A stretch of 32,000 bases of DNA from Mycobacterium tuberculosis H37Rv. GTDB lineage: Bacteria > Actinomycetota > Actinomycetes > Mycobacteriales > Mycobacteriaceae. The stretch lies in contig NC_000962.3 in the NCBI RefSeq assembly GCF_000195955.2, positions 330,001-362,000 of the forward strand, written 5' to 3'. Below, in pieces: positions 21,510 to 31,333 of the stretch. A program made the position numbers and the translations under genes. The notes under the pieces were generated by a model. That model made no database searches, had not been told where the DNA came from, and saw nothing but the letters and a program-made list of their open reading frames with translations. How positions within the stretch are numbered: position 1 is the first letter of the stretch; each line of letters starts with the position of its first letter.

Positions 21510-21524
21510 GAAAGGAGAGATGTT

Positions 21525-21818
21525 ATGAGCCTTTTGGATGCTCATATCCCACAGTTGGTGGCCTCCCAGTCGGCGTTTGCCGCCAAGGCGGGGCTGATGC
21601 GGCACACGATCGGTCAGGCCGAGCAGGCGGCGATGTCGGCTCAGGCGTTTCACCAGGGGGAGTCGTCGGCGGCGTTTCAGGCCGCCCATGCCCGGTTTGT
21701 GGCGGCGGCCGCCAAAGTCAACACCTTGTTGGATGTCGCGCAGGCGAATCTGGGTGAGGCCGCCGGTACCTATGTGGCCGCCGATGCTGCGGCCGCGTCG
21801 ACCTATACCGGGTTCTGA
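21525..21818 (+). CDS. esxG: ESAT-6-like protein EsxG, 97 aa
   Basis: MSLLDAHIPQLVASQSAFAAKAGLMRHTIGQAEQAAMSAQAFHQGESSAAF...YVAADAAAASTYTGF, recognised as EsxG (Rv0287/TB9.8). Confidence 0.97.
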   Translation: MSLLDAHIPQLVASQSAFAAKAGLMRHTIGQAEQAAMSAQAFHQGESSAAFQAAHARFVAAAAKVNTLLDVAQANLGEAAGTYVAADAAAASTYTGF

Positions 21819-21847
21819 TCGAACCCTGCTGACCGAGAGGACTTGTG

Positions 21848-22138
21848 ATGTCGCAAATCATGTACAACTACCCCGCGATGTTGGGTCACGCCGGGGATAT
21901 GGCCGGATATGCCGGCACGCTGCAGAGCTTGGGTGCCGAGATCGCCGTGGAGCAGGCCGCGTTGCAGAGTGCGTGGCAGGGCGATACCGGGATCACGTAT
22001 CAGGCGTGGCAGGCACAGTGGAACCAGGCCATGGAAGATTTGGTGCGGGCCTATCATGCGATGTCCAGCACCCATGAAGCCAACACCATGGCGATGATGG
22101 CCCGCGACACGGCCGAAGCCGCCAAATGGGGCGGCTAG
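21848..22138 (+). CDS. esxH: ESAT-6-like protein EsxH (TB10.4), 96 aa
   Basis: [48 protein letters not shown]..., WXG motif 'AWQGD'. Confidence 0.98.
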
Positions 22139-22148
22139 CTCGCGCTAC

Positions 22149-23036
22149 ATGGATGCAACACCCAACGCCGTCGAGCTGACGGTCGACAACGCTTGGTTCA
22201 TCGCTGAAACCATTGGGGCGGGGACCTTTCCGTGGGTGCTGGCGATCACGATGCCCTATAGTGATGCCGCCCAGCGGGGTGCGTTCGTCGACCGTCAGCG
22301 CGACGAGCTGACCCGGATGGGGCTGTTATCGCCGCAGGGTGTTATCAACCCTGCGGTCGCCGACTGGATCAAAGTGGTGTGCTTCCCGGACCGCTGGCTT
22401 GACCTGCGTTATGTGGGGCCGGCCTCGGCCGACGGCGCCTGCGAGCTGCTACGTGGCATCGTCGCGCTGCGCACCGGCACCGGTAAGACCTCCAACAAGA
22501 CCGGAAACGGTGTTGTTGCGCTGCGTAATGCGCAGCTGGTCACGTTCACCGCGATGGATATCGACGACCCCCGGGCGCTGGTTCCGATTCTTGGTGTCGG
22601 TTTGGCGCACCGGCCGCCGGCGCGGTTCGACGAGTTCAGCTTGCCGACGCGGGTGGGCGCGCGGGCCGACGAACGGCTGCGGTCCGGCGTGCCACTCGGG
22701 GAAGTCGTTGACTATCTGGGTATTCCGGCGTCCGCACGGCCGGTGGTGGAGTCCGTCTTCTCGGGGCCGCGCAGCTACGTCGAGATCGTCGCCGGGTGCA
22801 ACCGTGACGGCCGGCACACCACCACCGAGGTCGGCCTAAGCATCGTCGACACCTCGGCGGGCCGGGTGTTGGTGAGTCCGTCGCGGGCATTCGACGGCGA
22901 GTGGGTCTCCACCTTCAGCCCTGGGACACCGTTTGCGATCGCCGTCGCGATCCAAACACTGACCGCGTGCTTGCCAGACGGGCAATGGTTCCCGGGACAG
23001 CGGGTGTCGCGGGACTTCTCCACCCAATCCTCGTAA
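22149..23036 (+). CDS. espG3: ESX-3 secretion-associated protein EspG3 (PE/PPE chaperone), 295 aa
   Basis: [44 protein letters not shown]...; position between esxH and eccD3. Confidence 0.95.
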
Positions 23037-23082
23037 TCAGAAACCAGAAAGTGAGCACGATGTCCCAGGAACGGTCCCGCTG

Positions 23083-24501
23083 ATGTCCGGCACCGTCATG
23101 CAGATCGTCCGCGTCGCCATTCTTGCGGACAGCAGGTTGACCGAGATGGCCCTGCCCGCGGAGTTGCCACTGCGCGAAATCCTGCCCGCGGTACAACGCT
23201 TGGTGGTTCCCTCGGCGCAAAACGGCGATGGTGGCCAAGCCGACTCCGGCGCTGCCGTGCAACTGAGTTTGGCGCCCGTCGGCGGGCAGCCGTTTAGCTT
23301 GGATGCCAGCCTGGACACCGTCGGTGTCGTCGACGGTGATCTGTTGGTGTTGCAGCCGGTGCCCGCCGGTCCGGCCGCGCCGGGCATCGTCGAAGACATC
23401 GCCGACGCCGCGATGATCTTTTCGACGTCGCGGTTAAAGCCCTGGGGCATAGCGCATATCCAACGAGGAGCGCTGGCCGCGGTGATTGCCGTGGCTCTGC
23501 TGGCTACCGGTTTGACGGTGACCTATCGGGTTGCCACCGGTGTGCTGGCCGGGCTGCTGGCGGTGGCCGGGATCGCGGTGGCTAGCGCGCTGGCCGGATT
23601 GTTGATCACCATCCGTTCGCCACGTTCGGGTATCGCGCTGTCGATCGCCGCGCTGGTCCCCATCGGCGCGGCCCTGGCGTTGGCGGTGCCAGGAAAGTTC
23701 GGGCCGGCGCAGGTATTGCTGGGTGCAGCTGGGGTAGCCGCATGGTCGCTGATCGCGCTGATGATTCCCAGCGCCGAACGGGAACGCGTCGTCGCCTTCT
23801 TCACCGCAGCGGCGGTGGTCGGGGCGTCGGTGGCGCTGGCGGCCGGTGCGCAATTGCTGTGGCAGCTGCCGTTGTTGAGCATCGGCTGCGGGCTGATTGT
23901 GGCGGCGCTGTTGGTCACCATCCAGGCGGCTCAGCTTTCCGCACTGTGGGCGCGGTTCCCGTTGCCGGTGATCCCGGCGCCGGGGGATCCCACCCCGTCG
24001 GCCCCGCCGTTGCGCCTGCTGGAGGATTTGCCTCGGCGGGTGCGGGTCAGTGACGCCCATCAAAGCGGCTTCATCGCCGCGGCCGTGCTGCTCAGCGTGT
24101 TGGGGTCGGTGGCCATCGCGGTGCGCCCAGAGGCGCTCAGCGTTGTGGGCTGGTATCTGGTGGCGGCGACTGCGGCCGCGGCCACCCTGCGCGCGCGGGT
24201 GTGGGATTCGGCCGCATGCAAGGCGTGGCTGCTGGCTCAGCCCTATCTGGTAGCCGGGGTCCTGTTGGTGTTCTACACCGCGACCGGACGCTATGTCGCC
24301 GCGTTCGGCGCGGTGCTGGTGCTAGCCGTGCTCATGCTGGCCTGGGTTGTGGTGGCACTGAACCCGGGCATCGCTTCGCCGGAGAGCTACTCGCTGCCGC
24401 TGCGCCGGCTGCTGGGTTTGGTCGCCGCCGGGCTGGATGTTTCGCTGATCCCCGTCATGGCCTACCTGGTCGGATTGTTCGCTTGGGTGCTCAACAGATG
24501 A
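23083..24501 (+). CDS. eccD3: ESX-3 integral membrane protein EccD3, 472 aa
   Basis: N-terminal ubiquitin-like region followed by many TM segments; cluster position. Confidence 0.95.
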   Translation: MSGTVMQIVRVAILADSRLTEMALPAELPLREILPAVQRLVVPSAQNGDGGQADSGAAVQLSLAPVGGQPFSLDASLDTVGVVDGDLLVLQPVPAGPAAPGIVEDIADAAMIFSTSRLKPWGIAHIQRGALAAVIAVALLATGLTVTYRVATGVLAGLLAVAGIAVASALAGLLITIRSPRSGIALSIAALVPIGAALALAVPGKFGPAQVLLGAAGVAAWSLIALMIPSAERERVVAFFTAAAVVGASVALAAGAQLLWQLPLLSIGCGLIVAALLVTIQAAQLSALWARFPLPVIPAPGDPTPSAPPLRLLEDLPRRVRVSDAHQSGFIAAAVLLSVLGSVAIAVRPEALSVVGWYLVAATAAAATLRARVWDSAACKAWLLAQPYLVAGVLLVFYTATGRYVAAFGAVLVLAVLMLAWVVVALNPGIASPESYSLPLRRLLGLVAAGLDVSLIPVMAYLVGLFAWVLNR

Positions 24502-25883
24502 TCCGTGCCGCATTTGCGTGTCTGGCGGCGACCGTGGTCGTTGCGGGGTGGTGGACGCCGCCGGCGTGGGCGATCGGGCCGCCGGTGGTGGACGCCGCCG
24601 CGCAACCGCCCAGCGGAGACCCGGGACCGGTGGCGCCGATGGAACAACGCGGTGCGTGCAGCGTCTCCGGTGTTATCCCGGGCACCGATCCAGGCGTACC
24701 GACGCCCAGCCAAACGATGCTGAATCTGCCTGCGGCTTGGCAGTTTTCCCGGGGTGAGGGCCAGCTGGTGGCGATCATCGACACCGGGGTGCAGCCGGGC
24801 CCGCGACTGCCCAACGTCGATGCCGGTGGTGACTTCGTGGAGTCGACCGACGGGCTGACCGATTGTGACGGGCATGGCACCCTGGTCGCCGGAATCGTCG
24901 CCGGCCAGCCCGGTAATGACGGCTTCTCTGGTGTGGCGCCGGCGGCGCGGCTGCTGTCCATCAGGGCGATGTCTACGAAGTTCTCACCGCGCACATCGGG
25001 GGGCGATCCGCAGCTGGCGCAGGCCACACTTGACGTCGCGGTGCTGGCCGGTGCCATCGTTCATGCGGCCGACCTTGGTGCCAAGGTGATCAACGTCTCC
25101 ACGATCACCTGCCTACCCGCCGATCGGATGGTCGACCAGGCCGCGCTGGGCGCGGCGATCCGGTATGCGGCGGTGGACAAGGACGCGGTGATCGTGGCGG
25201 CCGCGGGAAACACCGGAGCGAGCGGATCGGTCAGCGCGTCGTGTGATTCCAACCCGTTGACCGATCTGAGCCGCCCAGACGATCCGCGGAACTGGGCGGG
25301 CGTCACCTCGGTGTCCATCCCGTCGTGGTGGCAGCCCTACGTGTTGTCGGTGGCGTCGCTCACATCCGCCGGGCAGCCATCGAAATTCAGCATGCCCGGG
25401 CCGTGGGTGGGCATCGCCGCACCCGGGGAAAACATTGCGTCGGTGAGTAACTCAGGCGACGGCGCCCTGGCTAACGGACTGCCCGACGCCCACCAGAAAC
25501 TGGTGGCTCTCAGCGGCACCAGCTACGCGGCCGGCTATGTCTCCGGGGTGGCCGCGCTGGTCCGCAGCCGCTATCCCGGGCTGAACGCCACCGAGGTGGT
25601 GCGCCGGCTGACCGCCACCGCGCACCGCGGCGCCCGAGAGTCCTCCAACATCGTCGGCGCCGGCAACCTGGACGCGGTGGCGGCCCTGACCTGGCAACTG
25701 CCCGCCGAACCCGGGGGCGGTGCCGCACCGGCCAAGCCGGTCGCCGATCCGCCGGTCCCGGCGCCCAAAGACACCACACCGCGCAACGTCGCATTCGCCG
25801 GAGCAGCCGCGCTGAGCGTGCTGGTCGGGCTCACAGCCGCGACTGTCGCGATAGCGCGCCGACGAAGGGAGCCCACCGAATGA
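24498..25883 (+). CDS. mycP3: Membrane-anchored subtilisin-like serine protease mycosin MycP3, 461 aa
   Basis: Signal peptide MIRAAFACLAATVVVAGWWTPPAWA; catalytic motifs 'VAIIDTGVQPG', 'DGHGTLVAGI', 'SGTSYAAGYVSG'; C-terminal TM followed by RRR. Confidence 0.96.
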   Translation: MIRAAFACLAATVVVAGWWTPPAWAIGPPVVDAAAQPPSGDPGPVAPMEQRGACSVSGVIPGTDPGVPTPSQTMLNLPAAWQFSRGEGQLVAIIDTGVQPGPRLPNVDAGGDFVESTDGLTDCDGHGTLVAGIVAGQPGNDGFSGVAPAARLLSIRAMSTKFSPRTSGGDPQLAQATLDVAVLAGAIVHAADLGAKVINVSTITCLPADRMVDQAALGAAIRYAAVDKDAVIVAAAGNTGASGSVSASCDSNPLTDLSRPDDPRNWAGVTSVSIPSWWQPYVLSVASLTSAGQPSKFSMPGPWVGIAAPGENIASVSNSGDGALANGLPDAHQKLVALSGTSYAAGYVSGVAALVRSRYPGLNATEVVRRLTATAHRGARESSNIVGAGNLDAVAALTWQLPAEPGGGAAPAKPVADPPVPAPKDTTPRNVAFAGAAALSVLVGLTAATVAIARRRREPTE

Positions 25884-26875
25884 ACCCGATCCCTTCTTGG
25901 CCCGGCAGGGGCCGGGTCACGTTGGTGCTGCTGGCGGTGGTGCCTGTAGCGCTGGCCTACCCCTGGCAATCGACACGCGATTACGTGCTGCTGGGCGTGG
26001 CCGCCGCCGTCGTGATTGGGCTATTCGGCTTCTGGCGCGGGCTGTATTTCACCACGATCGCGCGCCGCGGGTTGGCAATCCTGCGCCGCCGACGCCGGAT
26101 TGCCGAGCCCGCAACGTGCACGCGCACAACGGTGCTGGTGTGGGTTGGGCCGCCGGCATCGGATACGAACGTGCTGCCGCTGACGCTGATCGCCCGGTAT
26201 TTGGACCGATACGGCATCCGCGCCGACACGATTCGCATCACCAGCCGCGTCACCGCATCCGGCGACTGCCGGACCTGGGTCGGGTTGACGGTGGTCGCCG
26301 ACGATAACCTGGCGGCGCTGCAGGCCCGGTCAGCGCGCATCCCCTTGCAAGAGACCGCGCAGGTCGCGGCGCGCCGGCTCGCCGACCATCTGCGCGAAAT
26401 CGGTTGGGAGGCTGGTACGGCCGCACCCGACGAGATCCCAGCGTTGGTGGCTGCGGATTCTCGCGAGACGTGGCGCGGAATGCGGCACACCGACTCGGAT
26501 TACGTTGCGGCATATCGGGTCAGCGCCAATGCCGAGTTGCCCGATACGTTGCCCGCGATCCGGTCGCGTCCGGCGCAGGAGACCTGGATCGCGCTGGAGA
26601 TCGCATATGCCGCCGGGTCATCAACCCGCTACACGGTGGCCGCTGCCTGCGCATTGCGGACCGATTGGCGGCCTGGCGGCACCGCACCGGTGGCCGGCCT
26701 GCTCCCGCAACACGGAAACCACGTGCCAGCCCTGACAGCCTTGGATCCGCGATCCACCCGCCGACTCGACGGGCACACCGATGCTCCTGCCGACCTGCTG
26801 ACCCGGCTGCACTGGCCTACTCCTACCGCCGGCGCCCACCGGGCACCGCTGACCAACGCCGTCAGTCGAACATGA
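25880..26875 (+). CDS. eccE3: ESX-3 membrane component EccE3, 331 aa
   Basis: Two N-terminal TM segments, last gene of the cluster, ATGA overlap with mycP3. Confidence 0.95.
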   Translation: MNPIPSWPGRGRVTLVLLAVVPVALAYPWQSTRDYVLLGVAAAVVIGLFGFWRGLYFTTIARRGLAILRRRRRIAEPATCTRTTVLVWVGPPASDTNVLPLTLIARYLDRYGIRADTIRITSRVTASGDCRTWVGLTVVADDNLAALQARSARIPLQETAQVAARRLADHLREIGWEAGTAAPDEIPALVAADSRETWRGMRHTDSDYVAAYRVSANAELPDTLPAIRSRPAQETWIALEIAYAAGSSTRYTVAAACALRTDWRPGGTAPVAGLLPQHGNHVPALTALDPRSTRRLDGHTDAPADLLTRLHWPTPTAGAHRAPLTNAVSRT

Positions 26876-28064
26876 GGCCCTGCAGGAACACGGTCATCCG
26901 CCGCAGATAGTCCAACTGGCTCACATGCAGCAGGTGGCTGCCGGGGAACCAGTGCAGCGCACAGCGATCCCACTGCTTCCACAGCGTTACCGCGTGCTCG
27001 GGTGGAGCCATTCGATCGCCAAGGCCGGTGATGATCATCCGCCGGTCCTTAGGTAGCAGCGGCCGATAGTTCAGTGGGCCGTGGTAGGCCAGCCCGGCGA
27101 TCAGCTCATCACGGCTGATGTTGGTTAGCCGCAGTCCTAGCTTGACGAGCTTATTGGCCGGAAACCATTCGTCGAACAGCTTGGCGGGCATGACGACGGG
27201 GCAGTTGGGGATGACAGCCTCAAGCCGACTTTCGACCGAAGCCAGCAGCGCAGACGTGTAGCCCCCCAGGGATATACCCGTCAGGGCGATACGGTCGACG
27301 CCGATGTGGCGCAGGTAGTCCACGATGGAACGAAAGTCATACACTGCCTGCGCCATCGCCTCGGCGAAGCCGCTCAATCCGCTAGTGAAATAGCCGAAAC
27401 CGCTAAACGGCGAGAACTTTTCGGCCCGCTGGCCGTGAAACGGCAACGTGTACAGCAAAACGTCGTAGCCGGACCGGTAATACCAAGGCAGCGAAAAGAA
27501 CAGCCCGTTGAGCAAGTATGACGATCCCATGAAGCCGTGGATGACGCACAGCGTAGGACGCGGGCCGTCGCGGTGGCGCCAGTGCTGCGCGTGCACAATG
27601 TTGTTGGCGGTCAATGCACTCCACCGCTGGCGCATCGTGGGGTTGATCGCCCGGAAGCCGCTGGCAAATGCGATGTTGTCCACGGTGCCGCGCGCAACCC
27701 ATTCGGTGAGCGGGCTGGCCGGCCGCGAGGTGACCTTGGGCAACTCCGTCGGCGCCGGAAAGGACTTCGCCGGATCATGCGCTGCCGCAAGTTCGGCGTA
27801 GAAGTTCAGGTTGCTGCGCTCGCTGCCTTCGTTGACGTGACGTAGTGCGTTGGCGACAACGGCCGGAGTCACCGTCGCGGACAGCACCGACGCGACCGCG
27901 GTGCGCAGCGCGACATCGGCGATCGCCGAAGACTCGACGAGTATCCGCTGGCGGGCCGACAGCACCGAGCGCGAGGGCAGGCCCTCGGCGCCGGCATCCG
28001 CGCCGGGGACGTCGGGAATGGGGACGGGCGGACCGATCGCGTCGGCAGTGAACGTCCCTGACAT
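26862..28064 (-). CDS. Alpha/beta hydrolase family protein, 400 aa (Rv0293c-like)
   Basis: 'RPTLCVIHGFMGSSYLLNG' oxyanion-type motif, nucleophile elbow 'IALTGISLGGYTSAL', C-terminal 'WFPGSHLLH'. Alternative start at 28076. Confidence 0.8.
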   Translation of the reverse strand: MSGTFTADAIGPPVPIPDVPGADAGAEGLPSRSVLSARQRILVESSAIADVALRTAVASVLSATVTPAVVANALRHVNEGSERSNLNFYAELAAAHDPAKSFPAPTELPKVTSRPASPLTEWVARGTVDNIAFASGFRAINPTMRQRWSALTANNIVHAQHWRHRDGPRPTLCVIHGFMGSSYLLNGLFFSLPWYYRSGYDVLLYTLPFHGQRAEKFSPFSGFGYFTSGLSGFAEAMAQAVYDFRSIVDYLRHIGVDRIALTGISLGGYTSALLASVESRLEAVIPNCPVVMPAKLFDEWFPANKLVKLGLRLTNISRDELIAGLAYHGPLNYRPLLPKDRRMIITGLGDRMAPPEHAVTLWKQWDRCALHWFPGSHLLHVSQLDYLRRMTVFLQGLMFD

Positions 28065-28170
28065 CTCGGACATCAATGTCGATGGTAATCGCCAATGTGG
28101 CTGACCGCTGAAGGTTTCGACTGTATCGTCAATTTCTCACTCGGTCGAGCGCTTGTCCAGGAGCACGTAC

Positions 28171-28956
28171 ATGTGGGATCCCGACGTCTACCTGGCTTTT
28201 TCGGGTCATCGCAACCGCCCGTTCTACGAGTTGGTGTCACGGGTGGGTCTCGAGCGGGCGCGCCGCGTGGTCGACCTGGGGTGCGGGCCCGGCCACCTGA
28301 CACGCTACCTGGCACGACGATGGCCCGGCGCGGTGATCGAGGCTCTGGACAGCTCACCGGAGATGGTCGCTGCCGCGGCCGAACGCGGGATCGACGCCAC
28401 CACCGGTGACCTGCGGGACTGGAAACCAAAGCCCGACACCGATGTGGTGGTGAGCAACGCTGCGTTGCATTGGGTGCCTGAGCATTCCGACCTGTTGGTC
28501 CGGTGGGTCGACGAGCTGGCGCCGGGATCATGGATCGCTGTTCAGATCCCCGGCAACTTCGAGACGCCGTCGCACGCCGCGGTACGGGCGTTGGCCCGCC
28601 GCGAGCCGTATGCAAAGCTAATGCGCGACATACCTTTTCGTGTGGGCGCGGTGGTCCAATCTCCGGCGTATTACGCGGAGCTGCTGATGGACACCGGCTG
28701 CAAGGTCGACGTGTGGGAGACCACGTACCTACACCAGCTGACCGGCGAGCACCCGGTGTTGGACTGGATTACCGGAAGCGCGCTGGTCCCAGTGCGTGAG
28801 CGGCTCAGCGATGAGAGCTGGCAGCAGTTTCGGCAGGAGCTCATTCCGCTGCTGAACGACGCCTACCCGCCACGGGCCGACGGTAGCACCATCTTTCCCT
28901 TCCGGCGGCTGTTCATGGTCGCCGAAGTTGGTGGCGCGCGCCGCTCAGGTGGGTAG
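28171..28956 (+). CDS. tam: Trans-aconitate 2-methyltransferase (SAM-dependent), 261 aa
   Basis: [54 protein letters not shown]...; '[11 protein letters not shown]' is typical of Tam. Confidence 0.9.
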
Positions 28957-29748
28957 CCCCAGCCGCGGCGCCTCCGCTCGGTACCGGTCGACCCACTCAT
29001 CAGAGCGCTGGTTGGCCTGCCGTTCCAGCATCGGTGCGGGCGCCAGTTTGGGATCCTGGCCGATGGCGTCAAGCACACTGGCCACAATCGCGGTCAGGTT
29101 GCGCCATAACACCGGGTAGGCGATATCGATCGGATCGATGCCTTCCTCGGCAAACCAAGCGCGCCAGCCGTTTTCCTGATCGCGCAGATTCCTGATGATG
29201 TGGGCGATGGCACCGGCGTGGTAGACGGCCTGCGAGTCGCGCTTGGGGTCCGGATGGCCCCGCCAAACCTGGGTTTGCACGGCGCGCCAGAACGACACCG
29301 CTTGTGACACCACATCGGGCCGGTGGACGTGCACGAAAACCGGTTCGTTGCCAATGACGTCGCGGATTGCCGCGCGCAAGCCATCCCCGGAGCGATCCGG
29401 CAATTGTGCTGCGCGTTGCTGCAGCAGCGCAGTCTGATTCCACATCAACTTGCCGCCCCAGACGCCGTTGGGCGTGCGACCGGAGGTGCGGACGTGCTCA
29501 CGCCAGGCAACCGGCGTCGCGGTGTCCGGTGTACCGGGGTCCAGCGGATCGAGCAATTGCAGGATCGTGTCATCGTCGACCCCAGCGAACCACTCCCGGG
29601 GCTGGGGGGCCATCCCGGTGCTAGGCAGGTATTGGAAGAACTCCTGTGGTTCCCCGGCACAGCCCGTCGCGCGCAGCGATTCCACCAGCAGCGTGCTGCC
29701 GCTGCGTTGGGTGGCGAGCACCAGATACGGTCTCACAGCGCGGGACAT
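28945..29748 (-). CDS. Stf0-like sulfotransferase, 267 aa (Rv0295c-like)
   Basis: 5'-PSB loop-like motif '[30 protein letters not shown]'; '[25 protein letters not shown]'. Confidence 0.85.
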
Positions 29749-29757
29749 CCGATGAGC

Positions 29758-31155
29758 CTAGCTGCAGTGTTCGTCGATGCCGCGGTCGGCGGCGATCGCT
29801 GACCGGCCCGTTGGCGTCTTGCGGTGGATCCGCAGATACGTTTCGGTGTAGCGCTCGGCGATGCGGGAACCGGCGAAGTCCGACGGAATGACGTCGGCCG
29901 TGCGCTGTCGCCAATCATGCAGTCGCACGGCCAGATCGGCCGCGATCGCGGCCACGCCCTGGGTGCTGTCGTCGCCGGCTAACAGGTTATTGGTCTCGGT
30001 GGGATCGGCGCGTAGATCGTAGAGTTCCCGCTGCGGGCGGGGCGCCTTGACCAACGGTGCGACGGCCATGCCGGCCGGGCTTTCCTGGATATCCCACGGT
30101 AGGTCCAGCAGCGGCCGGGGCGCGTAATTCTCGATGTAGCTGTATTCCTTGGTGCGGATTGCCCGAATCGGATCGAACGAGTCGTGATAGGTCTTGGCGG
30201 TGTATACGTGGTCACGCACCGCAGCGTTTTCAGTGTCCGGCGCGAGGAGGGCCGGTGCGTGTGACACACCCTCGACATCGGCGGGTACCTCGAGTCTCAG
30301 CAGGTCCAATAGCGTCGGAACCAGATCGACGCCGCTGAAAAGCTCGTCATAGACGCGAGGCGCCATCGCCCGGCGAGTGGGCGGGCGGATGATCAGCGCG
30401 ATACCGGTTCCGGCGTCATACAGTGTGGACTTCGCCCGCGGAAATGCCGGACCGTGATCGGTGACGAACACCACCCAGGTGCTGGCGTCTAGGCCGGTAT
30501 CGGCCAGTGTGTCAAGTAGCCGGCCAACCGCCTCGTCGGCTGTGGCGATAGAACCGTAGAACTCGGCGACGTCTTGGCGCACCTCGGGGGTATCGGGCAG
30601 ATAGTCGGGCAGCTCGACGGCCGCGCTGTCGGCCGGCCGGTAGCGCTCATGCGGATAGGGCCGGTGGGTTTCGAAGAAGCCGGCGGTCAACAGGAACCGT
30701 TGTCCGTCTAACGCGGGCACGCGATTATGCAGCCAGTCCTGGGCTTTGGCGACCACGTATTCGCAGTAGGAGTTCGACACGTCGAATTCGTCGAAGCCCA
30801 GCCGCTTTGGGTAGGACGTCTCATGCTGCATACCGAAAAGAGCTGAGTACCAACCCGATTCGGATAGCAATTGCGGTAGGGTTTGGACCCCGGTGCGGTA
30901 TTCCCAGCCGTGATGGGCCAGGCCGACCAACCCGTTGCTTTGCGGGTAGCGGCCGGTGAACAGCGAGCCCCGCGATGGTGTGCACAGCGGCGCGGTGGCA
31001 TGTGCCCTGGTGAACAGGATGCCCTCGGCGGCAAGCCGGTCCAGCCGCGGGCTGTAGACGTCCGGATGGTGGTAGACGCCGAGATAGCGCCCCAGGTCGT
31101 GCCAGTGCACGATCAGCAGGTTCTCGCGCTGCCCTGTGGCACGCTCACTCGTCAC
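29758..31155 (-). CDS. Type I sulfatase (alkaline phosphatase superfamily), 465 aa (Rv0296c-like)
   Basis: GTG start, (V)[25 protein letters not shown]...; formylglycine-type motif '[13 protein letters not shown]' with the Cys codon at 30982-30984; 'VFVTDHG'. Confidence 0.88.
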   Translation of the reverse strand: MTSERATGQRENLLIVHWHDLGRYLGVYHHPDVYSPRLDRLAAEGILFTRAHATAPLCTPSRGSLFTGRYPQSNGLVGLAHHGWEYRTGVQTLPQLLSESGWYSALFGMQHETSYPKRLGFDEFDVSNSYCEYVVAKAQDWLHNRVPALDGQRFLLTAGFFETHRPYPHERYRPADSAAVELPDYLPDTPEVRQDVAEFYGSIATADEAVGRLLDTLADTGLDASTWVVFVTDHGPAFPRAKSTLYDAGTGIALIIRPPTRRAMAPRVYDELFSGVDLVPTLLDLLRLEVPADVEGVSHAPALLAPDTENAAVRDHVYTAKTYHDSFDPIRAIRTKEYSYIENYAPRPLLDLPWDIQESPAGMAVAPLVKAPRPQRELYDLRADPTETNNLLAGDDSTQGVAAIAADLAVRLHDWRQRTADVIPSDFAGSRIAERYTETYLRIHRKTPTGRSAIAADRGIDEHCS

Positions 31156-31333
31156 CTTTGTCACCTCTCCAGCGAACCGCACCCGGCGCCGAAGCCGGAC
31201 AATAGAGCCTATACGTCGCGAGGCACTAGATACGCCACCGATGATGGCGGTAGGCTCGCTGATTGAATCGCGGCGACGGCGTAGGCGTGTTGTGTCTTGG
31301 CGTCCAGGAGTCACGAGTCGACGGGAGGTTCCC

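Noticed and set aside
24201-24497. 99-aa N-terminal extension of the MycP3 ORF in the track
   Set aside because: Lies inside eccD3; the start at 24498 begins a good signal peptide and overlaps the eccD3 stop (ATGA).
12130-26875. Possibility that this cluster is a novel secretion system
   Set aside because: Every component and the gene order match the well-described ESX-3 locus.
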